Assembly (NCBI GenBank): GCA_040904565.1
Contig: JBBDTI010000014.1
Coordinates: 1 to 45,079 of the forward strand
Length of the DNA stretch: 45,079 bases
Origin: Rhodothermales bacterium
GTDB lineage: Bacteria; Bacteroidota; Rhodothermia; Rhodothermales; VXPQ01
Direction: 5' to 3'
Both the position numbers and the translations under genes were made by a program. Positions within the stretch are counted from its first letter, which is position 1. Every line of letters starts with the position of its first letter. Below, one piece after another: positions 20,001 to 27,690 of this stretch. Under the pieces are notes generated by a model. It had not been told where the DNA came from. It was given only the letters and a program-made list of their open reading frames with translations, and made no database searches.

Positions 20001-20212
20001 GACGTCTCCACGGGGTACGTCACGTAGCGCTCGACTTCTTCGGGAGCGAGCCCCTCCGTTTCGGTAAACACCTGCACGAGCGACGGCGATACATCCGGAA
20101 AGGCATCGACCGGAAGCTGCCGGTAGGCGAACCAGCCCGCCGCCATCGTCAGGACGGCCAGGGCCAGAACCAGGAGCCGGCTCCGCAGCGCAATTTGAAT
20201 AAGCTTTCTCAT
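17075..20212 (-). CDS. czcA: CusA/CzcA family heavy-metal RND permease (second copy)
   Basis: 1045 aa; PVDAFPDVS, MVDGAIVMVEN, WGGQFE, RLRPVLMT, EVQRPLA. Confidence 0.95.
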   Translation of the reverse strand: MRKLIQIALRSRLLVLALAVLTMAAGWFAYRQLPVDAFPDVSPSLVQVFTETEGLAPEEVERYVTYPVETSMNGLPGVEEIRSISNFGLSVVNVYFEEGTDVYFARQLVGERLTEAREQIPEGFGEPAMGPISTGMGLVLFYYLDDTTGQYSLEELRTMQDWIVKFNLQTVPGVTEVLGIGGFERQFQVNVNPDALLRYDVALAEVVEAIEENNLNVGAQYIEQRSEQFLVRSVGLATGVVDLENIVVRTRDGTPIFLPDVADVEIGGAIRRGLQTRNGIEEVVSGMVVKLYGANSSTVIGRVEEKLAEINDILPEGVEIVPYYEQKTLVEAAVATVTNALWQGILLVILVLVAFLGSWRPSIVVALAIPFSVLFATIFMNQFDISANLMSLGGLAIAIGMMVDGAIVMVENVDRMLREAPPDEPRAHVVARACAEVARPVIFAIGIIIVVFLPLFTLQGVEGKTFRPLAYTTALAMLGSLVFAVVLAPVLSDLFMRRPPATAAKKPLADRVLDRLMSWYRPIVRFFVKERAWAVGLAAGLLVVGAAIFPFLGSEFTPTLQEGTLVLRLTMAPSISLTESKATTQRVERRLMQIPEITGVVSRIGRGEVGAHADPINSAEMYLLLKDEHEWRFDSQTELMTVVRDELGNIPGVLTNFTQPIQMTVDELLEGVKAELAVKLFGDELSTLKEKADEISAALQTVEGAADVQADQVTGTPQLRVMVDRQAIARYGINVGDVQRTVATAIGGVEAGQIFEGIRRFPIYVRFQGTYRSTPAEIAALLIPAPGGVQVPLGELTEIDEIVGPRQITRENNQRFITVQLNVEGRDIGSFVGEAQDVIGERVDLPTGYFTTWGGQFELQQQANRRLMVVVPITLLIVLLLLYSSFGSLKNATLILINIPLALVGGIVGLWITGQNLSVPSSVGFIALFGIALENGMVLVTYLNQLIRDGVPMDRASVEGALLRLRPVLMTALTTSLGLIPLLFSQGTGAEVQRPLATVVVGGLVTSTLLTLLVLPALYKWFSAVPEREEASDHEAVPVEAAITR

Positions 20213-20223
20213 TCGTTCTCCGG

Positions 20224-21456
20224 TTAGTGCGCGTGACCCGCGCTCATTTCACTCTTCTCCAACTCCGATTTGAGCGCGAATCCACCCGAGGCTACGTATT
20301 CGTCCCCGGGCGCAAGCCCGCTCGCGATCGCCACCCGGCCTTCGCTTTCGTCGGCGGTGACTACGGGGCGGGCCTCAAAGCCGTCCGCCGTTTTCACGAA
20401 CACGACCGTCTGCCCGTCCAAATCCTGAAGGGCACTTTTCGGCACGACCACGTCGACCCGCGGGGCATCCAGTGCGACAGCGCCGGTGACGAACATGCCG
20501 GGCTTCCATCGACCGTGCGGATTGGGCAGCACGATGCGTGCAAGCGCCGTCCGCGTCTCCTCACCGACAATCGGCCGGACGTAGGCGATTTTGCCGCGGT
20601 CGCTGTGCCCGCCCGCCGTGATGACGACGTCCTGTCCCTCGGTAACTAGAGCCATGTCCTGCTGATAGATGGAGAGGTCGACCCAGACGGTGGACAGGTC
20701 GGCGACTTCGAACGCCCCGGCGTCGCCGTCGAGCGCTTCGCCCTGCGTGATGTGTTTTTCCACCACGGTCCCACTGAACGGCGCAGCCAGCGGGTAGAGT
20801 GTAAGCGAGGCCTCTTCTTCGTTGGGCAGATCCTCGATGTAGTCGGCGGAAAACCCGAGCGCCCGCAACTTTTGCGTGGCGGATCTGACATTGATACGTG
20901 CTTCCGCCAGCCGCTGCCGGGCTTCGAGGAATTCCTGCTCGGACGAGATTTCCCGCTTAAACAGCCGCTCTTCCCGCTCGAAGTTCGATCGCGCCAGCTC
21001 CAGGCGTTCGTTCACGGCAAGGTATTCCGCCTTGGCGTCGGCGAGCTCCCGGCTTTCGAGCACGGCCATAGTTTCACCGGCGCGTACGGCATCTCCGAGG
21101 TTCTTTCTGACCGAACGCACGATCCCCGGTACGCGAGGCACGACGTGCGCGTACCGGTCTTCGTTGACGCGCACCTCGCCGGGGTACGTCTTTGTCACCC
21201 GCATCTCGGCCGGCCCTGCCGCTCGGATCTCGATTTCGAATTCCTCGAGCTCGGCTGCCGTGAGGCGAACGAGTTCCGGTCCAAGATCGGCCGCCTCGCC
21301 GGCGTGGTCTTCGCCGCTTTCACCGGCGTGACCCTGTTCATCTTCCGCCGAGTCGCTCGCCTGGTTCGCCTCGCCGCCGCCGCAGCCGGCCATTAGCGCA
21401 AGTCCGACCGCGAACAGCAAAACCGCGAAATAAGAGGTTGGAATAGTCATGGTCAT
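20224..21456 (-). CDS. czcB: RND periplasmic adaptor (CzcB-like), lipoprotein
   Basis: MAGC lipobox, VPRVPGIV, APFSGTV, ADLSTVW, WKPGMFV, C-terminal GHAH. Confidence 0.9.
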   Translation of the reverse strand: MTMTIPTSYFAVLLFAVGLALMAGCGGGEANQASDSAEDEQGHAGESGEDHAGEAADLGPELVRLTAAELEEFEIEIRAAGPAEMRVTKTYPGEVRVNEDRYAHVVPRVPGIVRSVRKNLGDAVRAGETMAVLESRELADAKAEYLAVNERLELARSNFEREERLFKREISSEQEFLEARQRLAEARINVRSATQKLRALGFSADYIEDLPNEEEASLTLYPLAAPFSGTVVEKHITQGEALDGDAGAFEVADLSTVWVDLSIYQQDMALVTEGQDVVITAGGHSDRGKIAYVRPIVGEETRTALARIVLPNPHGRWKPGMFVTGAVALDAPRVDVVVPKSALQDLDGQTVVFVKTADGFEARPVVTADESEGRVAIASGLAPGDEYVASGGFALKSELEKSEMSAGHAH

Positions 21457-21542
21457 TTGTGCTTTTCAGCGCATGTTGTAATGGCAAAGTGGCACGCGGA
21501 GCTACACGGGCGCGCATGCAACGGAATGTGGTTGTTTGGGCT

Positions 21543-22901
21543 CTACTCGATGAGGATTTCTGATAGTGGCGTACCGATGAGCCGCTCGACCTCCGCGCGT
21601 GCCTGGTGATAGGTCGCGAGCGCCTCGACGTAGTTGTTCGTCGACTCGAAGAGCGTTCGCTGGGCGTCGAGCACACTGAGGAGGTCAAATTTCCCCTCTC
21701 GGTAGCCCTCCTCGATGCCTTCGAAGCTCCGGCGCGCCGCGGGCAGGACGGACGTCCTGAGGATGTCGATGCGGTCGAGAGCCGCCGCCAGCGTTTCGTA
21801 CGCGGACGCAAGCCGGCTTTCCGCCTCGACTCGCGCCGAACTCGCGCCCGACTCGGCCTGCCGAATGCGGTATTTCGACTCCTGGATTGCGCCCTGATTG
21901 CGATCGAAGATGGGCAGCGGTATGGAGATGCCGGCTCGAAATGCCGTCTCGCCTGTCTCCTGGAACCGGCTGGGACCAGCAGTGAAGATGGGGTCCGGGA
22001 TGCGGTTGGCGCGGGCGAGACTCAAGTCGGCTCGCCGGAGCGTGATCTCCGTCGACCATCTCGCGACGTCCGGATTGCGCTCGACCAGCGACCGAACGGA
22101 TTCGTATGCCGGTATCGGTCCGACTTCGGCGAGCGATCCGACTACACGTTCAAAGGTGGGCGTTGTCTCGCCCCACGCGGCGCCGAGCTGCTTCCTCGCC
22201 GCTTCGAGGTCGGCGACCGCCTCTCGCCGCTCGATGACGACGTTAGAGCGAACGATGCCGGCTCGCTCCACTTCCAGCGGCGAAACCTTTCCGGCCTCGG
22301 CGCGACTCGCCACGGTCTCGAGAAATCGATCGGCGATTTGGAGCAGGCTGTCTGCCAGCGCGAGCCGGCGCTGAGCGGCGAGCACGTCCACAAACGTCTG
22401 CATTGTGTATGTCGCGACGTCGAGCCGGGCCGCCTCGTACGTCCAGCCGGCGAGGTCCCGTTCACGTGCAGCCACGTCGCGGCGCGCACCGACGTCTCCG
22501 CCGAAGGGCAACAGCTGGCCGATGCCGCCCCCGATTTCGGCGGCGCTCAGGGCGGCGAGCGGTCCGGTACCCCCGAACTCCTCGATGTCGGCGCCGATCT
22601 CCGGATTCGGCCACAGACCGGCCTGAAGCGTCGCGGCCTCTCTCGCACGGACTTCCCAGCCTGCTTCGCGCAGTTCAGGATTCTGCTGCAGGGCCAGCCG
22701 GAGCGCTTCGTTCAGCGCCAGCGTATCGCCGGCAACATCGTCTGTGGTTGAGTTGGATGCCTCCGGATCGATCGGAGGCTTGTAGGTGGGGAATTCCTCA
22801 GCGAGTGGACGCGGCTCCGGCCAAGCGACGTTGCGGGCCGTTCCACACCCGCCGACGACGATGACAAGCATCGCCAGGAAGGGTACGAATCGTGTGGACA
22901 T
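21543..22901 (-). CDS. czcC: TolC-family outer membrane efflux protein (CzcC-like)
   Basis: GGC lipobox, NPEL, WPNPE, PLPIFDRNQG, YREGKFDLLSVLDAQR. Confidence 0.9.
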   Translation of the reverse strand: MSTRFVPFLAMLVIVVGGCGTARNVAWPEPRPLAEEFPTYKPPIDPEASNSTTDDVAGDTLALNEALRLALQQNPELREAGWEVRAREAATLQAGLWPNPEIGADIEEFGGTGPLAALSAAEIGGGIGQLLPFGGDVGARRDVAARERDLAGWTYEAARLDVATYTMQTFVDVLAAQRRLALADSLLQIADRFLETVASRAEAGKVSPLEVERAGIVRSNVVIERREAVADLEAARKQLGAAWGETTPTFERVVGSLAEVGPIPAYESVRSLVERNPDVARWSTEITLRRADLSLARANRIPDPIFTAGPSRFQETGETAFRAGISIPLPIFDRNQGAIQESKYRIRQAESGASSARVEAESRLASAYETLAAALDRIDILRTSVLPAARRSFEGIEEGYREGKFDLLSVLDAQRTLFESTNNYVEALATYHQARAEVERLIGTPLSEILIE

Positions 22902-23037
22902 AGACGTATCTCAAGTTCGAAAGTCCGATGGTTGAGGGATGCCTTCGTCGATGGACGAAGGGGACTGTCGAAGCGCATGATCGAGCCATGCGCCCATCCG
23001 CCCCACGTAGACGCACGTGGGGCGAACAGCTTGACGT

Positions 23038-23511
23038 CTAAATCAGAAGATGTGTGGTCCGGACCGGAGCAAGAGAAAGGAATTGGAAGTGCTCGTCTGC
23101 CTCACCGCTCTGCGCCCAGGCCCGATAGACGTTCGATTCGTCGAGCTGCAGCAGAGCAACCACGACGGCAACCGGCGTCAGGTCCGGCTGAGCGTCCGGC
23201 TTGAACGACGCGCAGTCCTGATCCGCACCTGGCGGCATGGGGATGTCGGTGTGGTCTGTCGCGTGTGAAGACTCGTGACCCGCCTTTTCGACCGCAGGAA
23301 GGAAATGATGCGCTTCCTCCAAGTGATCCGACAGCAGTACCCCGCTGGAGACGGTGCCCTCAACAGGGGCGCCCGCATCGCCGTCGCCCTTTATGCAAAG
23401 CACGGCGTCCGCCGCGTGGCTTCCGAGTGGAAGGACCAGCAGCAACGACGCCATCACCCATGCGAGCGGCCTCGAGAATCGTCTGATATGAGTGATCCTG
23501 GGTGTTTGCAC
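23038..23511 (-). CDS. Exported His/Cys-containing protein upstream of czcC (positional CzcI-like)
   Basis: Signal-like N-terminus, VLCI, His cluster, C-terminal VRTTHLLI; first gene of the czc operon. Confidence 0.6.
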   Translation of the reverse strand: MQTPRITHIRRFSRPLAWVMASLLLVLPLGSHAADAVLCIKGDGDAGAPVEGTVSSGVLLSDHLEEAHHFLPAVEKAGHESSHATDHTDIPMPPGADQDCASFKPDAQPDLTPVAVVVALLQLDESNVYRAWAQSGEADEHFQFLSLAPVRTTHLLI

Positions 23512-23762
23512 GCCTACGTGGTTGAGTGTCGCTAACGATCAGTCATAGTGGTAACCGAACGACAAGTTTCCTAAAGTGAAAAAAGATCGCAGGTCCCAAC
23601 ATGGGCCTTCCGCTCTAGGAGATCCGAAGCGCGAGCCGTGGAAGAGCAGGATGTCATAGCGAAGAAACTACCCTTCGCCGAGGACATTCCCGAGAGCATC
23701 ATTTCTCGATGCCCGGCGTGACATGCTAGAGGCGGATGCTCTTCATATAGCACCGAACGCAT

Positions 23763-23940
23763 CGCCTCCATATGGGCGGTCATGTAGTCGGCACCCGCGC
23801 GTGCAAATACATCCATGAAAGACTCCGACTGCTCGACGACGACGTATACGTCGATCACTACATCACTCCTTTCTCGACGCGCCTCATGGCTTCTACCGCA
23901 TGCTCCCGAACGATTTCTTCGGGACGAATCGTCGGCCCAT
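23763..23940 (-). pseudogene. rpe: Degenerate ribulose-phosphate 3-epimerase remnant
   Basis: Across frameshifts: MGRRFVPKKSFG / AVEAMRRV / IDVYVVVEQSESFMDVFARAGADYMTAHMEA, resembling Rpe MDGxFVPNITFG...DVHLMV..P...FAKAGADxITxHxEA. Confidence 0.65.
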
Positions 23941-24045
23941 CGAGGCCTCAGATTCTTTGGGGAATATATGGGGGACGACCCTTTCGCAAACCACTATAAT
24001 CCGCGTTTACAGGCCCAATACGCCGGTTATTCCAAACACGGATTG

Positions 24046-24182
24046 ACGACTCGCAATCGTAACGTCGAGAGTTCGAGTCTCTCCCGCGCCACTTCCTTAG
24101 AACCACGCAGAAGCCCTCAGGAAGCCCGTAAGCAGGCTTTGTGAGGGCTTTTTTGGTGTTTGGGGGATGGGTCGCTCAGGTG
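24046..24182 (+). repeat. Direct repeat copy 2 (att site, tRNA 3' fragment + terminator region)
   Basis: ACGACTCGCAATCGTAACGTCGAGAGTTCGAGTCTCTCCCGCGCCACTT matches 2-50 with 3 mismatches; no tRNA 5' half upstream. Confidence 0.92.
24111..24154 (+). terminator. Terminator hairpin (paralog of 65-110)
   Basis: AAGCCCTCAGGAAGCC...GGCTTTGTGAGGGCTTTTTT. Confidence 0.75.
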
Positions 24183-24238
24183 CGAAAAGTGCCCGGAAGT
24201 ACTTCTCGCCTTCTGCCGCAATCACCGACGCGTTTCCT

Positions 24239-25087
24239 CTAGCCAATCAGCTTTAGTAAGCGTCGGACGCTGCCCACATATTCCGCGACGTATTCGTCAT
24301 TTACCGTTTGAAATAAGAAACGCGAAGCGTCTCGCGGACCCATTGCCTCCTCACTCGAGAAGTCGTTACGGAGGATCTCGATAGCCAGCTTTGTAGCGGG
24401 ATGATCTTCGATAATCTTGAAACGGGCAGCGACATCCTCTGTAGATTGGCCATAGTATCGCAGAACGTACCCCATATCGTACGCATCTTTGCGTGCTTTT
24501 CGATTACTAAATGCGATAGCCTTTAGTACGACAAACGCAGCTGGACCACATACCTGTATCTCCCTCGATGCAGCATCACCTTCCAGAGTTCGACCGATAA
24601 TCTCGACCACATTGACATCCTCGAAAGCAAGACGTGCACCAAAAGCCCGAATAGCTCCAAGGTCATCAGTCAGTGAGTGAATGCGTCCCCATCCGTGATC
24701 CTCCGTATCGCTCTCGTCAATGAGGAAGTCGAGCGTGACTGCCTTTTCTGGTTCTCGGTACCTCCATCGCTGCTTCGTTTCATTCCCCTTTTCATTCGTA
24801 TCCGGCAAAAAGTCTTGAGCCCTGAGTCGTTCAGCAAGTAGCTGGTATCGCTGTTGTGAAATCATTGAGAGTGACAGAACAAGATCGACGTCAACCGATC
24901 CGACGTGCGATTCCTTGCTTCCGTCAACTTCTTGAGCAATTAGAAAGACCGGAACAAGTCCGCCGACGAGCACGACATCCCTGGCAAAGTCTCCCAGGAA
25001 TGTGGCGGCGTGCAGGAGCGTATTCTTACTCCTCTCCAATTGCTCCGAAGTGTAGTCGGATGCGTATGTCAGTGTATCGTCAGTCAT
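24239..25087 (-). CDS. Nucleotidyltransferase, AbiEii-like type IV toxin
   Basis: VLVGGL, HVGSVDVDL, LDFL, FVVLKAIAFSNR..RKDAYD. Confidence 0.75.
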   Translation of the reverse strand: MTDDTLTYASDYTSEQLERSKNTLLHAATFLGDFARDVVLVGGLVPVFLIAQEVDGSKESHVGSVDVDLVLSLSMISQQRYQLLAERLRAQDFLPDTNEKGNETKQRWRYREPEKAVTLDFLIDESDTEDHGWGRIHSLTDDLGAIRAFGARLAFEDVNVVEIIGRTLEGDAASREIQVCGPAAFVVLKAIAFSNRKARKDAYDMGYVLRYYGQSTEDVAARFKIIEDHPATKLAIEILRNDFSSEEAMGPRDASRFLFQTVNDEYVAEYVGSVRRLLKLIG

Positions 25088-26165
25088 TCCGCAAGTGGTC
25101 GACTGGACCCCACCGAATACAATCCTCCCTAAGGGCTCGCTCGAACTCGTCAGCGCGTTCGCCTTCGTGCATTAGATCGACATAGACCTGCACTGGCGCA
25201 GCACACGTGATTCCTTCCACATTTCGTTGACCTTCGAATACGCCGACGTCATCTGCGAATAGTATGGTGACATTTGGGGCATTCGACTCTCGCCGAAAGC
25301 CCATCTCCTCCAATACGCCTTCTCCTACTTGCCGCGACATGAAGACGGTTGAAGAGCGGAATCCTGCTGACTTCGTGTACGCCCAGGCAGCACAAAGACC
25401 CGTTGCGGCATAGGGGACATTGGCATGCTCTACAGCATCAACAAACCGTCGGAGGACGTCCTCTCCCGACCGACCCGAGACATGGCCCTTCAATTGCTCA
25501 TGTCTGTAGGCATTACCGTCGGCCCAGGCATCCAGAAGAAGGTCATAATCCCGCGGGTAGACTTCTCCATCTGGCGTGCGTGCAAGTAAGTCTTCTTCCT
25601 CAAGCCGGCGTACCAGTCTACTCACATGCCCTTCGTCAACGTTTGTGGCCTCGGCCAAATCTCGCTGCCTGAAAGCCTTTCCTGGGTGCAGGAGCAGGTA
25701 TCTCGTCAGCCGGCTGGATTTTGGCGCAAAGAGATTCTTCGGGCGACCACGACGTTTGAATTTGTTAGGCCGGCCACGAACTGAGATAAACATGCGTGGT
25801 TCGGACTCATGACGAACGGAAGCGTTGCCGGATAGATCTATCCAGTTGACTCCCATATCGATCATCTTCTCGGCTTTCGAATCGCTCATATAAGGAACCA
25901 CGAGTACTGGTTCGATATGAGCCGCGCCGTCCTGGAGTGGAGAGCCATGGGCGTCCTCCGTACAGAAATCAGGTATGCCTGCATACGAGGCATCTGACTT
26001 CAGGATTACACCTAATGCTACGTCACCAGTCGTGACGATGAAATCAAAATCTTCGGGAGCGGAGCCGAGAGTCCGGAAGTTCAGTCCAGTCCACTCACGG
26101 AGCAAATTAGGAAGCTCCCTCTTGGCTTGAAGCTCTAATCCTATGCTGGAGAGGGATTTCAACAA
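25080..26165 (-). CDS. AbiEi-like type IV antitoxin with central wHTH
   Basis: WIDLSGNA, QRDLAEATNVDEGHVSRLVRRLEEE HTH, YAATG, PNVTI, APVQVYVDL...ERADE; overlaps the toxin start. TTG start uncertain. Confidence 0.78.
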   Translation of the reverse strand: MLKSLSSIGLELQAKRELPNLLREWTGLNFRTLGSAPEDFDFIVTTGDVALGVILKSDASYAGIPDFCTEDAHGSPLQDGAAHIEPVLVVPYMSDSKAEKMIDMGVNWIDLSGNASVRHESEPRMFISVRGRPNKFKRRGRPKNLFAPKSSRLTRYLLLHPGKAFRQRDLAEATNVDEGHVSRLVRRLEEEDLLARTPDGEVYPRDYDLLLDAWADGNAYRHEQLKGHVSGRSGEDVLRRFVDAVEHANVPYAATGLCAAWAYTKSAGFRSSTVFMSRQVGEGVLEEMGFRRESNAPNVTILFADDVGVFEGQRNVEGITCAAPVQVYVDLMHEGERADEFERALREDCIRWGPVDHLRND

Positions 26166-26614
26166 TTTGTTTTATATAACGCACTTGCCCACGCATACAA
26201 GTTATTCTTTTTTACGCAAGTGCACTTTCTTGTTCCTGGGGAATAATGAATATCGGAGCTTGACTAAAAAGACCGACTTGTCCACTTAGCCAAATAGTAT
26301 GTGATAGACAAGTGAGCCGCTGCGGTTCCAGATTGGTTGATTGGCGTACGACTACACCCCTAAATCTCTTCTGGATCAAGAGGCATCGTTCACCTGTCCT
26401 CCGACTCGAGTTCGGCCAGCATCAGGCGGGCAAATTCGTCCTGCTCGTTTGGCGCACACTGACACGAGAATTCAAAGCTCAGGGCTAGCCTTTTGCCAAT
26501 TCGGACGAATTCAGCTGTCGCATGCATACGTAGCAGAATGTATGGACTTAGTGACTACCGCGTGACAAGATCCCCCGTCCCTGAAACGTGCCTTCAAGAA
26601 GGTCTCGCGCCGCC

Positions 26615-27418
26615 TCACCCAACCAGATTGAGCACGCTCTGCCGGGTCGCGTTGGAGTGGGCGATCGCGGCGAGTCCCGCCTTGGCTACGATCTGCAGCC
26701 GGATGAGCTCGGTCGACTCCTTGGCGAAGTCGGCGTCGGCGATGCGGCTGTTGGCGCCTGCAAGGCTGATGAGGCTGTCGTTGACGTAGTCGCGGGCGCC
26801 ACGAAGCTGTGATGCGGAGCCGTTAAAGCGGCTGCGTGCGTCGGCCATCGTGTCCCTTGCGTCGGAAATCGACTCGAGGGCGGCACGGGCGCTGTCGCCG
26901 TCCGCCAGGCTGGCGCCGTCGAGTCCGAGCGCCTCGGCGCTCACGCTCTCGCCGTCGACGACGATCGTCTCACCGCCCTCGTCGACCAGCACCTCGTAGC
27001 CGGCGTCATCTCCGAAGACAGCCTCGCCGTTGAAGCTCGTCCCGCCGTGCAGCTCATCGAGTTCCGCAAGCAGGCCGCTCATCTCGCTGTCGAGCATGGC
27101 TCGCTGTTCGTCCGAGACGGTGTCTGAGCCGGCCTGGACGGCCAGCTCGGTGGCCCGTCCCAGGATGTCGTCCACCGTGTCCATGGCGCCGTTGGCCACG
27201 TCGATTCGCGACAGTCCCATCTCCGCGTTGTCGAGTCCCTGCGTCAGCCCGCGAATGCGGCTCTGGAGCTTGCTTGAGATGCTGAAACCCGCACTGTCGT
27301 CTTCGGCGCGGTTGATCTGCAGGCCCGTTGCGAGGCGCTGTCCGGTCACGGCCAGGTCTCGGAACGTCTTGTGCAGGGCCACGAGCGGTTTGTTGGTGCC
27401 ATCGAGCGGTCGGGTCAT
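26615..27418 (-). CDS. fliC: Minimal flagellin
   Basis: RLATGLQINRAEDDSAG, ELAVQAGSDT, TSFNG, SRIADADFAKE, SVLNLVG. Confidence 0.92.
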   Translation of the reverse strand: MTRPLDGTNKPLVALHKTFRDLAVTGQRLATGLQINRAEDDSAGFSISSKLQSRIRGLTQGLDNAEMGLSRIDVANGAMDTVDDILGRATELAVQAGSDTVSDEQRAMLDSEMSGLLAELDELHGGTSFNGEAVFGDDAGYEVLVDEGGETIVVDGESVSAEALGLDGASLADGDSARAALESISDARDTMADARSRFNGSASQLRGARDYVNDSLISLAGANSRIADADFAKESTELIRLQIVAKAGLAAIAHSNATRQSVLNLVG

Positions 27419-27469
27419 GGGTACGTAATGACTGGTGCACGTCGAGCGAAAACAAAGCGTCCACTCTCC

Positions 27470-27496
27470 GTATCGGCGGCCAGGCTGAAAACTTAA
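27470..27496 (-). promoter_or_regulatory. Sigma-28 (FliA) promoter
   Basis: Minus strand TTAAGTTT-N11-GCCGATAC vs consensus TAAAGTTT-N11-GCCGATAA, about 50 nt upstream of the flagellin ATG. Confidence 0.85.
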
Positions 27497-27690
27497 ACGG
27501 CCACCCCGGAAGCGCAGACTTGAATGGAGGAACTGCGATGCTACTGGACTGCGATGCCACCTGAATGCGCGTTTGAATGCGTGGGGACGCTTACAAGGAG
27601 GAGACAGATCATCACGAGCCGGCGGTTATATCCGCACCGGTTTTGTGTCTATGTTAGCGTAGACGAACCGGCCGAGGCGAACGTCGTATA

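Larger units (their letters stand above)
51..24094. mobile_element. tRNA-anchored heavy-metal resistance genomic island, no integrase visible
   Basis: Bounded by direct repeats of the tRNA 3' end; cargo is almost entirely metal efflux/regulation plus pseudogenes. Confidence 0.8.

Noticed and set aside
18929-22751. Long antisense ORFs (432, 214, 381 aa) opposite czcA/B/C
   Set aside because: Shadow ORFs typical of high-GC codon bias; no motifs.
24045-24091. Second functional tRNA (anticodon CGC)
   Set aside because: No D arm or GGCGCGG 5' acceptor strand upstream; it is only an att fragment.
26329-26353. CAGATTGGTTGATTGGCGTACGACT as a third att/tRNA remnant closing the second island
   Set aside because: Only TACGACT (7 bp) matches the visible tRNA and no T arm follows; compatible with chance. 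The right end of the second element remains undefined.
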